Made by a program: the position numbers and the translations under genes. The notes under the pieces were generated by a model. The model searched no databases. It was not told the origin of the DNA and saw nothing but the letters and a program-made list of their open reading frames with translations. From NCBI RefSeq assembly GCF_964355755.1, contig NC_092675.1, forward strand, positions 9,977,812 through 10,041,811: a stretch of 64,000 bases of DNA, in the 5' to 3' direction. Below, piece by piece: positions 45,201 to 55,049 of the stretch (positions are counted from its first letter, which is position 1; each line of letters begins with the position of its first letter). The DNA is from Antedon mediterranea (taxonomy: Eukaryota > Animalia > Echinodermata).

Positions 45201-48200
45201 CTGAAGAAGATCCCTGGATACCACAGATTCCATATCACATTCTTTATCTATATGATTTCACCAGACTCATCTTATATATTTTAAGCAATCAAGCTGTGTA
45301 TTTAATTATTACTTAAGAATTTCGTCATTTGTTTGTTAGCACAGTGCCTACAATTTTCAAGTTATCATTCTGAATTTTTCAGTGTAAATAGGTATATACT
45401 AACAAAACATGCAGGCCTATTGAAATTCAAGAAAATTAGCTGCACAATTTATTTTAAAAAAAGAACAGTTTTTTTTAAATGGGCCAAAATATCAACATTT
45501 TGCCAAGTACTTCACTTAGTCTTCACTAAGTGCTCTCATTTAGTTATTCTTTCTCATTCACAGAATATGTTATCATAATAAAAGTTGTTTTAATGGTGTT
45601 TTGTATTGTTTTAATGGTGTTTTGTATTGTTTTAATGTTGTTTTGTATTGTTTTAATGGTGTTTTGTATTAATGGTGTTTTGTATTAATGGTGTTTTGTA
45701 TTAATGGTGTTTTGTATTGTTAAAATCATATAGAATTGTTGTATTTTGTTCTTTCTTATACTATCCTTTATTATTTAGATTTGTATTCAATATTTATGAA
45801 TAAATAGATTACAACATTACATATTAAACATTTTGTGCACAGTATGAATTCAGAAAATATGAATAGAATATGAAACTATATTTTGTTATAAAAGAGAGGT
45901 TTCGCAATCTTACGAATAATACGATAACGAAAACGGATATGTCACGCACACGTATTCGTTTTCGTAAGCCAGTAAAAATCTGTTTCGCATGGCAACGAAA
46001 TATTGAGGGTGCCATGCAAAATATGACTGCAGTAAATGTGAGCGAAGCGCAGGTACTTGTTGCTTGGTGCTTGGTTGCCTAGGCCTAGCGTAACACCAAA
46101 GCAAACTTTAAAAACTGCTATTTATCAAAATTGACCTGGCATTTTAGTAAATTACTTTCAATAAATCTATAATTATATTATAATCATGAATCATTCCTGA
46201 TTCAAATGCAAAATGTGCAAAATAGATCAAAAACTATACTCGTTTTGTAGTTACGAATATGACTGGTGATATTCGTCAACACGAATACGCTTTACGAATA
46301 TGAAATGGGGATCAGCTCAAAAGTTTCACAAATGTGTGACGTTTTCGTTATCATATTCGTAAGGTTGCGAAACCTCACTTTCACCTTCTCTAACGAAAAC
46401 AAAAGTTTATTAATAGTATTCAACAAATTTGTAGAATTTATGTAAATTTGCATAATATCACCTGCATATAATTAATATAAAAAAAAAAATATTGTATTAT
46501 TTGAATCACCTGATAGTATCTCGATCAGATATATTGTCCCTATTCTGATTTTTTTTTATGCCATTTTAATGTTAGATAATTAGTTCACTTTGTCCAAAAA
46601 TTGGATCCCCAAATATTGGTTCCCCACAAAAATGAATTACATTTGAAAAATATAATTTAAGGCAAAGAAATAGTAAAATTGTCTGTCAGAAAATGGGTTT
46701 TTGGTTAATTTTAACTGTTTATTTTGTCTTTTTATAAGTGAAGTCATGGTTTTTAACTTCTATTAAAACTGCAAAATGGCCTATTCAAAGTCTTTTTATA
46801 AATCTTTATTTTTCATTGTTTTGGAAAATACATCTTTAATATTTATGTTTTTCTTTATTGTTAATTATTTGTGAATTTTCCACATAATATAATTATTATT
46901 TTTGTGTTTCATTATCTATTTTAAGCTGGCACGTGATAGATTTTATTTACACAAAATTTGATCCGTATGTAAAATCATTTATTGTAGTCGCATTTTCTTT
47001 TAAATTTGCTTTTTTGTATATTTTAAATGTAGTTTGGTACAATTTTGTCACAATCATAAAAAGAACATTTATAGTTCTTGAATTAACTCCAATGATTCAT
47101 TGCTTTGTTGTGTTGTTCTTTTATGCATTCTTCAATTTCACATCTGCAAAAAGGAACAACTTGTAACCAGGTTTGCATAGTAGGAAGAATGAAAAATCTC
47201 CCAAGATTTCACAGGGGTCCCCATACTGCGCATGTGTATTGCCCGTGAATTTAACTGACCAATCACAGTACACTAGTAATAAAATAGCGCCCCTAACTAT
47301 GCAATGACATTACTTTCTCCCAAGATTTCTCACAGTTCACAGATGTGTGTATGAAAGCGTGTAATAAACCGGGAGATCAAACCTGGTTACAACTCGTAAT
47401 AAAGAGGTTTCGCAATCTTACGAATACGATAACGAAAACGGATACGTCACGCACACGTATTCGTTTTCGTAAGCCAGTAAAAATCTGTTTCGTATGGCAA
47501 CGAAATATTCAGGGCGCCGTCCAAAATATGACTGCGGTATATTTGAGCGAAGCGCAGGTACGTGTTGCTTGGTGCTTAGCTGCCTAGGCCTAGCGTAACA
47601 TCAAAGCGAGTGGGGACTTTAAAAACTGCTATTTATAAAAATTGACCTGGCATTTTAGTAAATTACTTTAGTAAATTACTTTCAATAAATCTATAATAAT
47701 ATTATAATCATGAATCATTTATGATAGATCAAAACCTATACTCGTTTTGTAGTTACGAGTATGACTGGTGATATTCGTCAACACGAATACGATTTACGAA
47801 TATGAAATGGCGATCAGCTCAAAAGTTTCAGAATGTGTGACGTATCCGTTTTCGTTATCGTATTCGTAAGGTTGCGAAACCTTCCTATTACCTAGCTATA
47901 TTAACATCGGCAAGGGTTCGAGCCTCACTCGCTCCATAGTTCTGGTGGATCGTAGGTCCAGTGTACACATCTGGCTCATGTGCACAAGAACCTAGTACAT
48001 CTTTCGATACGAGTAGGGGGTTACACCGGTGTAATAGTATACACGCAGCCACTGTCACTCATCAAGAGGGCCCCTTGATTGTCAGCATACACTGTTTGAG
48101 TCACTCTCTCTATAAATAGGGTATAATAAAAAATGGAAAATAGGTGTTGGTCGTAGTACTAAATCATGAATTACTCCTTGTTCTTTTTTTTGAAAAAGTG

Positions 48201-49330
48201 TAATTTTCAAATGAAATTTACCTTTATTTGTTATTTTCTCTATAATTTATTAATTTTAATTTGTATACATTTAATGTGTTCTCTTTATTTGTTTAAAATA
48301 TAGTATTTTCTTTTTAAATTGTCTTATTAGTTGTAGCCTTTATTATGTAAAGTAGTTTTGTATTATTACAGTGTAGATTAAATAAAAGAAATCATATCTT
48401 TACAATCTAGTTGTTACAAATGTAATTTTTCTATACTTACAGGTACCGAGCAATTTTTGCATATGCGCCTCAAAATGAAGATGAATTGCTTTTAGAGGAA
48501 GGTGATGTAATTTTAGTAATGGAGAAATGTGAAGATGGGTGGTTTGTGGGTACATCTGCAAAGACTGGCCAGTTTGGAACCTTCCCTGGAAACTATGTTG
48601 CTAAGTTCTGTACGTATTAATTATGTATCAATATCATTTTATAATAATAATAATTATAAAGTTCAATTTTAGCTGAAAAATTAAGGGCATCTGTAAGGCT
48701 ACTTTCACATCACCCCTGGATTAGATTCGCCACCCTGAGAAAAATATCACAAGCGTTGAGCGTGCTTTCACATCGAGCACGAATTCGGTTATCAGTTGTA
48801 AAGCGAGGTTATTCATGCTCACTTCTGATTCTGATTTCAGAAAACAATTGGATTCTTGATCCATCGAGTCCGAATTGGGTACGAATTTGGATGAATGATC
48901 CTATGCTTTATTACAAAATTTTTCTCAGGGCACCAGTCCGAATCCGGGCATGGTGTGAATTCAGGAGTTTTTTTGCCAGTACAAAACAAATTCAGATTTA
49001 TTGTTTCTTTCAGAAATGAATTATCTTAATACACTTCATGTGCACATTTACCTACCAATCCTGACTTGAGGCCCATGTTCAATTCTGACCTAGTGCCAGG
49101 GTTATAACTCACTGTCAACTTTTTGTAAACCGCTCCCTAAGCCCCAAGTGTGACATTTTAAATAGCTGTATATATTTCTGTATATCCTTAAGTTAGAATA
49201 TCCAAGCTATATAATAAATTAATAATTTCATATTTTATCTGTTGTATACATTGTTGTATATAGATATTTTACCATTAATATTTTGATTGATTTATTATTA
49301 TTGTTGTTTTATATTTTAGATCCTGATTGA
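126..49330 (+). CDS. SORBS1: SORBS/CAP family adaptor gene (co-ortholog of SORBS1/2/3: ponsin, ArgBP2, vinexin); SoHo + 3xSH3; multi-exon, 5'-partial
   Basis: Phase-compatible GT-AG exons give SoHo '[39 protein letters not shown]', the family motifs 'YSPTYSF', '[15 protein letters not shown]' and 'RRHSD...ITDERFG', and three SH3 domains ending '[11 protein letters not shown]'. The symbol is a family label; the paralog cannot be resolved. Confidence 0.95.
682..2206. mobile_element. Non-autonomous TIR DNA transposon (~1.5 kb)
   Basis: Terminal inverted repeats GGGTCATTCTTCAGT...ACTGAAGAATGACCC; CpG-richer interior with internal CCGTCAC repeats; superfamily not assigned. Confidence 0.75.
2501..2611 (+). 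CDS. SORBS exon ([37 protein letters not shown])
   Basis: ttcag|...ACAG|gtagga; 111 nt, phase 1-1. Confidence 0.8.
3683..4822 (-). mobile_element. Helentron/HINE-like non-autonomous rolling-circle element
   Basis: Subterminal IRs GGTTATCCGCA (3715) / TGCGGATAACC (4807); stem-loop AACTCGTC-actacg-GACGAGTT (3692-3713) next to terminal CTAG. Confidence 0.65.
4940..5127 (+). CDS. SORBS exon, N-half of SoHo domain
   Basis: ttttacag|...CAG|gtattt; encodes ...[21 protein letters not shown]. Confidence 0.93.
5920..5995 (+). CDS. SORBS exon, C-half of SoHo domain
   Basis: ctgtag|[25 protein letters not shown]|gtatgt; phase 0-1. Confidence 0.93.
7349..7381 (+). CDS. Probable 33-nt cassette microexon ([11 protein letters not shown])
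   Basis: CTAAC/CTAAT upstream, ctacag acceptor, G|gttaat donor, phase 1-1, two TGCATG motifs downstream (7429, 7445). Confidence 0.5.
8151..8207 (+). CDS. SORBS exon ([19 protein letters not shown])
   Basis: ccacag|...G|gtaaga; resembles the post-SoHo YSPxYSF motif of SORBS1. Confidence 0.88.
9181..9279 (+). CDS. Probable cassette exon ([33 protein letters not shown])
   Basis: tttcag|...AAG|gtgaga; 99 nt, phase 1-1, open; ACTAAC on both sides. Confidence 0.6.
10921..11018 (+). CDS. SORBS exon ([33 protein letters not shown])
   Basis: aatag|...CAT|gtaagt; family motif PxSIxxYxPGKSS. Confidence 0.9.
11564..11721. mobile_element. Harbinger/Tourist-like MITE, family A copy 1
   Basis: TIR AGCTCTGTCTACACT; TSD TTA on both sides; internal 21-bp repeats. 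Confidence 0.85.
11802..11851 (+). CDS. SORBS exon ([16 protein letters not shown])
   Basis: ttttag| phase 0 start; AA|gttagt donor gives phase 2, matching the next exon. Confidence 0.7.
11957..12710 (+). mobile_element. tRNA-derived SINE (Meta-SINE-like core) split by the 11990-12576 insertion
   Basis: A-box TGGCTGAGTGGTTAG on the left; B-box-like GGGCTCAAGGCCC and TCTTCTCAGATAAGGACTATAAACCATAGGTCC on the right; related fragments at ~6670-6790 and ~47905-48060. Confidence 0.55.
11990..12576. mobile_element. DNA transposon with inverted subterminal 15-bp repeat arrays
   Basis: Left (GACrATTCGGCCC)n and right (GGGCCGAATyGTCyC)n arrays in opposite orientation; ends GTTACC. Confidence 0.7.
13208..13419 (+). 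CDS. SORBS exon (Q/P-rich, ...[20 protein letters not shown])
   Basis: poly-T ag acceptor (alternative at 13214), G|gtagga donor; YKxxxxGGxIPxxGLRK motif typical of invertebrate CAP. Confidence 0.85.
14165..17311 (+). CDS. Giant (~3.1 kb) alternative exon of SORBS gene, ~1049 codons, Ser/charge-rich
   Basis: 1127-aa ORF 14107-17490 has a ttcacag acceptor at 14164 in phase 1. Candidate weak donor CAAG|gttttg at 17311; alternatively a terminal exon reading to the stop at 17490. Confidence 0.8.
19279..19506 (+). CDS. SORBS cassette exon (DMQQPIKSN...[12 protein letters not shown]...PPQRQPQ)
   Basis: gaacag acceptor in phase 1; CAAG|gttcta donor; 228 nt, frame-preserving. Confidence 0.7.
20239..21081 (+). 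mobile_element. PIF/Harbinger deletion derivative with decayed Myb/SANT (trihelix) ORF
   Basis: TIR GG(C/G)CCTGTTTCTGCTGC, TSD TAA; frameshifted [48 protein letters not shown]...[14 protein letters not shown] at ~20554-20855. Confidence 0.8.
22803..22978. mobile_element. Palindromic MITE (~175 bp)
   Basis: Long imperfect inverted arms (ACAAATAATGAATGTTT/AAACATTCATTATTTGT; GGTGAATGATGAAA/TTTCATCATTCACC). Confidence 0.7.
25224..25739 (+). CDS. Intronic 171-aa basic ORF (nested gene or alternative first/last exon)
   Basis: Stop-free for 516 nt in very AT-rich DNA, protein-like composition; reverse CCAAT boxes and a CRE-like site ~270-350 bp upstream. Confidence 0.5.
   Translation: MIFLPLNKKMVENLTKKSKNKGPKLSDKRHMKSKTDSSIIIKGKISHLRANDEMTQALGHSMSDTDLHRARLHAHFYTAASQRGIKKPAPLQKGCLLVPRPRCLIHSNSHSDVLQLKKLADALPDVSSKTRISTTSENEKDSSAEPKTVKKPLTLREKFNARKSRTVVGKN
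27200..27359. mobile_element. MITE family A copy 2
   Basis: Same TIR; TSD TAA on both sides. Confidence 0.85.
28654..29240. mobile_element. Degenerate TIR element
   Basis: ACTGCCCTATTTTGAGA ... TCTTAAAGTATGGCAGT imperfect inverted ends. Confidence 0.4.
31015..31255 (+). mobile_element. Decayed SINE with L2-like 3' tail
   Basis: TGTGAAGCACTT...AGCACTATATAAG followed by an (ATT)n tail. Confidence 0.45.
32260..32327 (+). CDS. SORBS exon ([23 protein letters not shown])
   Basis: tgcag|...GAG|gtaacg; supplies the needed phase 1 to 0 transition; SDVNxxY motif. Confidence 0.8.
33277..33444 (+). CDS. SORBS exon ([25 protein letters not shown]...ITDERFG...)
   Basis: tttag|...GAG|gtaata; coiled coil plus RRH...ITxERFG, as just before SH3-1 in SORBS1. 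Confidence 0.9.
34064..34113 (+). CDS. SORBS exon, start of SH3-1 ([17 protein letters not shown])
   Basis: ttgcag|...AA|gtaagt; ALYxF motif. Confidence 0.92.
34984..35098 (+). CDS. SORBS exon, SH3-1 ([38 protein letters not shown])
   Basis: Canonical SH3 sequence; cacag and gtaggc splice sites. Confidence 0.97.
35333..35543. mobile_element. MITE family A copy 3 (inverted, expanded 21-bp array)
   Basis: Same TIR; (CCCAAATATGGTAGTGATATG)n array of about 5 units. Confidence 0.85.
36160..36279 (+). CDS. SORBS exon, linker + start of SH3-2 (...[22 protein letters not shown])
   Basis: gctag|...AAA|gtaagt; phase 0-0. Confidence 0.95.
38418..38532 (+). CDS. SORBS exon, SH3-2 ([38 protein letters not shown])
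   Basis: tttag|...G|gtaagt; canonical SH3. Confidence 0.97.
38914..39930. mobile_element. piggyBac-like non-autonomous element
   Basis: TTAA flanks; TIR CACTTTGACTGCCA / TGGCAGTCAAAGT(T); duplicated subterminal repeat TTGACTGCCAAACACGAAGATC. Confidence 0.8.
43063..43253 (+). CDS. SORBS exon, S/P/Q-rich linker ([16 protein letters not shown]...PPKVQ)
   Basis: ttttag|...CAG|gtaact (tandem alternative donor at 43247); phase 1-0. Confidence 0.85.
43335..43502. repeat. ~40-bp minisatellite (~4 units)
   Basis: AATGTCCATGTACATGAC(C/T)AGTTTTGACCTACAATGTGTC tandem units. Confidence 0.85.
43825..43916 (+). CDS. SORBS exon ([31 protein letters not shown])
   Basis: caacag|...AC|gtaagt; phase 0-2 fits the SH3-3 exon. 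Confidence 0.85.
45585..45721. repeat. 21/16-bp minisatellite
   Basis: (TTGTTTTAATGGTGTTTTGTA)n shifting to (TTAATGGTGTTTTGTA)n. Confidence 0.85.
45896..46376. mobile_element. MITE family B copy 1
   Basis: TIR GAGGTTTCGCAA(T/C)CTTACGAATA; near-identical to the copy at 47404. Confidence 0.85.
47161..47392. mobile_element. Small MITE
   Basis: TIR TTGTAACCAGGTTTG / CAAACCTGGTTACAA. Confidence 0.65.
47404..47883. mobile_element. MITE family B copy 2
   Basis: Same TIRs and interior as 45896-46376, same orientation. Confidence 0.85.
48443..48620 (+). CDS. SORBS exon, SH3-3 ([55 protein letters not shown])
   Basis: Close to the SORBS third-SH3 consensus. Ends CTY* at 48620, or splices T|gtacgt (48609) to 49320-49330 to give YPD*. 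Confidence 0.97.
48697..48962. mobile_element. Decayed Harbinger-like MITE
   Basis: TAA-GGCTACTTTCACATCACCCCTGGATTAG ... CGAATCCGGGCATGGTGTGAA imperfect inverted ends. Confidence 0.45.
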
Positions 49331-50123
49331 ACAGATGAATAAGACGAGGTAATATTATTCTTCATTTGGCTAGATGTTGTTTATTAATCCTTTTGCTATT
49401 AGAACCAGTAGTCGGATTGTTTCAGTTTTACAGGACACCGGTTTAAACCGCTGTATATTAAAACAAATATTCTTTTCAAGCAATAAATAATGTATATGTA
49501 TGTTGTTGAATTAGGTAAGATGCTATTTATTTTCTTCTCTTTTAAAATACTTTCCTCAGAGGTATGTTATATATATATATAAATATCATTCAGCTTATAG
49601 GAAAACAAATCTATTTATATCAGACAGGTACAATAAACTATGTTCAATATAATTATGAAATATTACATTACATTTTTATATTTTTTCATATAGTTGAATT
49701 CATTGCAATAATTGAATAACAATGTTTAGATATAATAAAATTTAAATATAATAAAATTATTATTAAATTAATTTTTAATATTAATTAAATATCTAGCAGT
49801 AACTATATCACTTTAAAAAAAATTTTGAGATGATCAATTTTATAGAAAACAAATTAAATTTAGATATAATTATAAGCCAAAGTATTGTAAGTTTATATAG
49901 AATATTAAATTGTAAATCTCAAGAAATGCCATCATTTCATAAAGAAATTAATAAATTGTAAAATAATTTAAAATAACTTACACAAATTAAATAAAAAAAA
50001 AAATCAGTAAATTTTTATAATAAATAAATGATATGAAGAATAGACTTTATATACAGTTATATTTAAAAATAGTTTTACAATTATTAGTTTGTTTTCTTGC
50101 ACATTTATAACAATTCAATTTGA

Positions 50124-50244
50124 AGCTCTAGTTTGACAGAAAAAGTTTGATTTTGTGCCCAAATATGGTAGTGATATGACATCATGGCCATTATGAGAAC
50201 ATGATATTTTTTGTCACATTGAGTTTGATAGTGTAGACAGGGCT
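50124..50244. mobile_element. MITE family A copy 4 (left TIR partly deleted), in the likely SORBS 3'UTR
   Basis: CCCAAATATGGTAGTGATATG unit and right TIR AGTGTAGACAGGGCT-TAA. Confidence 0.75.
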
Positions 50245-52526
50245 TAAGCTTCAATATGATGAATTCTTTGTGAATTATCAAATACATTATTTATAAATTT
50301 ATAGTAAACAGCTCAGTATTCATGCCATTTAAAAAAAAATGGTTATATTTTGTAAAGTCTTCCTGCTAATTTGTTAGTTTTATATTTCTAAATAACCAAA
50401 TAAGGCTGATATATTTCCGCTTAAGTTATTTTATGCTTCCTTATAATAATGTAGATAATGCAATTACTTATAGATATTTTTATTTTGCTATGTTAATGTT
50501 GTTTTAGTAGTGATATATTGGCTAAATTATCCCTGCTATAAATTATTGTAGTTTGTTGACGTGTTTCACTTGTGCTATGCATAGTCTCCATTATCCTCTG
50601 TCAGGTTTTTGAGTAGCCTTTTAATATATAATTTTTAATTTCTTTGTTTACACATTTTTAAAAAATCACTTTAATCCAGATATGCCACCTAAATACATTT
50701 TGTAAAAATTATTTAATTATTATGTCAACTATTTTATTTGTTATTGACATTAGTAATTTAAAGATAACAGTAAATTAAAAAAACTTTAATATATTTAGTA
50801 TCGCTGTATGTTTGTGTAGTTAAAATCGGTTAAAGTTTCAATACAGTATGTTTTTGCACCTATATAGTTGTTTTTTATTTAATAAATGTTAATTATATTG
50901 TTTTGAAAGGAAAATGTATGTCCAGTGTTTAGATATATTTTTGAACTAATTACGCACATTTTAACAAAAAGTGAGGAACTCTAAAGCGCCCTGCAATAGT
51001 ACTAAATTGAAACCGTGACTATTTTGAGGATTAAATAATTATGAGAATATGTTAATGATGATAAGTTATCATTGAGTTTAGGAAAGATAATGTGATTAAT
51101 ACATTGACTTTCCATATTTACAATATACAATGTATTTTAATGATAGATTGAAACAAATTATTTAGACATTTTTGTTAAGTTGGTTTTGAAAATAACATGT
51201 AGTTAATGCATTGATTTTATGATTTCTAATTACTGTACACTTAAATATAATTATAATCCACCTATGAATTATATGGATTTAGATATTGGATTAATATTTA
51301 TGATTTAGTTTTAAAGATGATTTTAATGTCAAGTAGATTGGATTTGGTTTGTGTGGTAGAAAGATGTAATTTAATGATAGTTACCACGATTAGTTGGCGG
51401 TTTATTTTAACATAAAGATTTGACAAAATATAGTAATTCATTTTTTGAGATTTCTTAAAATTGATTGAGAAACACATACATATTAACATAAATTAGGGAA
51501 TTGTAATAATAAATTTCAAGACTCTTTGGATAAAATTTAAAAAACTTTATATTACAAAACATCAGCGTGTATATAAGATTTATAATGCATTTTCAGAGTA
51601 TTGCGTAGATATTATTATTATTAATATATCTTGATTTAACTATTAACATTAATTTATTTATTTAATTAAGAAGGAGTGTTGTTTATATTGGCGTGTATAG
51701 CACTGAGACTGCGCAGTTAATCACATTATTGTTGTATGCACTGCCGTTCTTAGACATTAAAGTGACACATTTTGCAACTTACTATTTTAGTTGTATCATG
51801 TTTGTTTGTATTTATTAATCAACCCGTAGTCCTTTAAGCCGTGTTACGCAGCCAATAAAAGCCGATAATTAACCGATAAAGTTCCTGTGGAAACGGGGTT
51901 TAACCGATATTCCGCTGGAGAAAAATTAACCAATAATTATCTCATTCAAATCAGATAATTATCGGATAAATCCTTGCGTTGTGGGCTACTCATTTCTAAA
52001 TCATCACCAAGTCCTTTTATACAGTAGTTTCAGTGTGACACGAAATTTTGAACTATCGTTATCTATATCGTTATCGTTTGTTTTTGCCAATTTTAACACC
52101 CGTCCCTAACATTACGGTTTACCCCAAACTGTTGGAAGTTTCTTCCAAATTACTAAAGAGCAAAATTCATAAAGGGCTGAAATTCATAATCGCTGGAATC
52201 ACCTCGTTAAAGAAAACGGAAATATGTCTAGTTAAATTGACAACAATACAATTCTCTAAACGTCAAGAAACCGGTACCGGTACAGTACCAGCTGCACCAT
52301 TGCTTTGGTATATTCCAAATTATGACATGAACAAGTTTGATGTGACAATAACTTTTAATTTGAGGACTAAATGTATGTTTCACAGCACATTAAGATTTAC
52401 GAATTCAACAGATGTTTCGAAATGTGAACGGCTTCCAATCAACTTTATTCATGTCAGCTGTCATGTTGTTTTCACATATATATCAGATCAGCTTTTCACA
52501 AAAACTCTGAACATATCACATTATAA

Positions 52527-52690
52527 AGCTTGGTTCCCACTAGGAAGCAACGTAAAGACGTAGACGCAACGCAAACAAGTTGACCAATGACAAGCGCGAC
52601 AGTTCGAATAATCCATCGCATGTGATTGGTCAAATCCATTACGTTGCTACGTCGTTGTGTTGCGTCTGTAGGCCTAGTGGGAACCACGCA
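52527..52690. mobile_element. Harbinger-like MITE
   Basis: TIR GCTTGGTTCCCACTAGG / CCTAGTGGGAACCACGC, preceded by TAA. Confidence 0.75.
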
Positions 52691-54029
52691 TTGGGCATTC
52701 CACCGTCTTTGAAGTTGTCTGTTTCTTGTTTATAGTCCCATACTAGTAAAATTCACAACAAAATAAGCATCAGACAACATTATACCTTTCCGACATTTTT
52801 ATTGCATATATTTTTTTAATTTCAAGATATGAAATCAAAATGACACTGTGTAAAAATGATAAATTATCGTTATTATTTTATCCAGTCTCCATTATAGGCT
52901 ATCGACACCTAGTATTTCCCCGGATTCTATGACGTCGTGTGAATTTTACTGATGCCATTCTTCTCTTGTGTAATAATTACATTGCTTTTCTGTGATTAAC
53001 AAAATGGAGGCCAAAACTACACATCAACATCCAAAATCTAGGCAGATACACCAATCGATTTCTACTCAACATCCACTCCATTTGAATGATTTATTAGTAG
53101 GCCTAATGCCTACTATAATGAACAGTTGATTCCAGCATTGCATTGTTCAGTACACTTTTCCTTTTCTTTATAATGTTTTTTTTTCCATACCTTTTCCTTT
53201 GATAAATCAGATAACTGTTCATTTTGTCACGGATACATTATTAAATCCAGTTCTTACAATAATTTAGATTCTTTTATACTAGAGAATGTGCTTATAAAAG
53301 TTTCTTTTTACAATTTTTATCGAACGAGTCACCATCATTTTGAAATTCCAACATTTGTCTATAAAACTACATGATTAACTAATCAATTTATACGGCTAAT
53401 TTTCAAGATCCGCAAAAACACGATAGACATATAATAATGTATATCAAGTTGTCTCTTTTTATCATTTACCAACACAATTTTTAGTTGGTTAAATAGTTTA
53501 AATACATATCTTTTTCATATTTTATTGCATTTAACAACATGCCGAAATAATGGATATAATTGGGTTATTTTGTTGTCACCAAACCGGATTTTGATTTGGG
53601 AATTCATAATTTAATTTTGCAAGAACATGATGCTGACCTCCATTAGATCAAAGGTTTTATGTTTGGTTGCGACACGATCAGTTCCACGCCCCTAAACAGA
53701 AACCGGATAATAATGATACTTGAAACTGTAAGCGTATAGTATGAATTTGTCACAGCCAATCCTAAGATCAAAGGACTGTTAAAAGTTCCTATCTTGGCAA
53801 GGTGAGCTCAGTTGTTGTTAGATTGCCTTGTTGTCACTAAAATAGTGTGAATTTTGATGTCTTTTCCGTTGGAATAATGTCTTTTGTTATCATCAAATAA
53901 AATGTTTAATCATTGCTTTGTGAAAGTTTAATTTTGATATCATATTTGAAATATAAAAACACACTAATGTTTATTTCTAATCTGCAAATTCCATAACCAA
54001 CGTCTATACTATCAATTAAAAAAAAACGT

Positions 54030-55049
54030 TTATAAATCTTCACTTTGTGGTAGCCACATTTTCGGACCTTTTACCGGACGAATTTTTAACGCAGATTGGT
54101 TGTGTCGACTGATTCTCGGAGATGTAGAGTGTTGCTCAAATTGAACTCTTCTGCTACGTACTGCCGTAGAAGGAATGATCTCCTCTTCTTCTTCCTCCTC
54201 GTAATAATCTTGAACCCATGATTTGGGTCTTGCGTTAAAGTCGCTTAGTTTTTCTTGCCTTGCCTTCTTCGTAGAGATTCGGAATTCACTTTTTGGCAAC
54301 TGTGTATCAAGAATTCCAAGATCGAACGCGTCTTCTGAGCATTCTGAGCTATTCGCCCAGCCGGTTGGCGCACGGTTGTAGTTCATTTTGAACGGCTCAA
54401 CTTCTCGATGAAACCGTTTTAGACGTTCAGAATCACCTTTCCAAGATTTGGTAGAACGAGGCCGAAATCCATTGGTGTAACTGTAATCGACTTGTTCTAT
54501 TGATCTTTCTTGACTTCGTTGTTGAACTTTCCTAGGAATGCGTGGACTTGTGACGTTTTGGAATTTTCTTGTAGCGGGTTCCTCGTAGGTTTTATCAGCA
54601 GAGATGGTTACTTCTCTGAAGGTTTCTTCCCATGGTGAATAATTCCTAACTTGCTTTTTCTTAAAGACTTTGTCGTCATCGACAACGTGTTGATCTGTAT
54701 GTTCACGAGCACGCACAAACATTTCCGCCGCTCGACTCCCGCGTTTTCCCGTAATTAGCTCTTTACTTTGAATTTTAGGCCTAGACGGCGAAACCGTCCG
54801 CCGTTTCGGGCGGTCTTCTTCAGCCATGTGTTGGGGATTCACGTAATAATCCTTCGATTGACTAGTGTGTCGCACCGGCTTCGGTTCGTATTGTTTAAAC
54901 TTTTGTGATTCAGGAGCATATTGTAATTCATTGTGAGGAATTTCATACCCTGCCTGTTGTTTCATATACATCATTCGTCCTTTTGAAGCAGGATAGCCTG
55001 TCAACTCGTACATGCTTACACCGTATTCCTCAGCGTATGGTTTCCACAT
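54030..55049 (-). CDS. Myozenin/calsarcin (FATZ)-like protein, 339 aa, single coding exon
   Basis: Motifs 'ELTGYPASKGRMMYMKQQ', 'RGSRAAEMFVRAR', 'YSPWEE', 'NYNRAPTGW', 'DFNARPKSW' and C-terminal 'QSEDL'; splice acceptor directly before the ATG. Confidence 0.8.
   Translation of the reverse strand: MWKPYAEEYGVSMYELTGYPASKGRMMYMKQQAGYEIPHNELQYAPESQKFKQYEPKPVRHTSQSKDYYVNPQHMAEEDRPKRRTVSPSRPKIQSKELITGKRGSRAAEMFVRAREHTDQHVVDDDKVFKKKQVRNYSPWEETFREVTISADKTYEEPATRKFQNVTSPRIPRKVQQRSQERSIEQVDYSYTNGFRPRSTKSWKGDSERLKRFHREVEPFKMNYNRAPTGWANSSECSEDAFDLGILDTQLPKSEFRISTKKARQEKLSDFNARPKSWVQDYYEEEEEEEIIPSTAVRSRRVQFEQHSTSPRISRHNQSALKIRPVKGPKMWLPQSEDL

Noticed and set aside
45824-47587. Duplicated ~70-80 aa ORFs
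   Set aside because: Similar only because they lie in two copies of the same MITE
52048-52563. 171-aa ORF in the intergenic spacer
   Set aside because: TTG start, no motifs or splice logic, runs through repeat fragments into a MITE
54030-55049. Alternative last exon of the SYNPO2-like gene
   Set aside because: The visible upstream donors are phase 1, which hits TGA within seven codons at this acceptor, and a separate promoter/UTR exon is visible. A phase-0 donor outside the window cannot be excluded.
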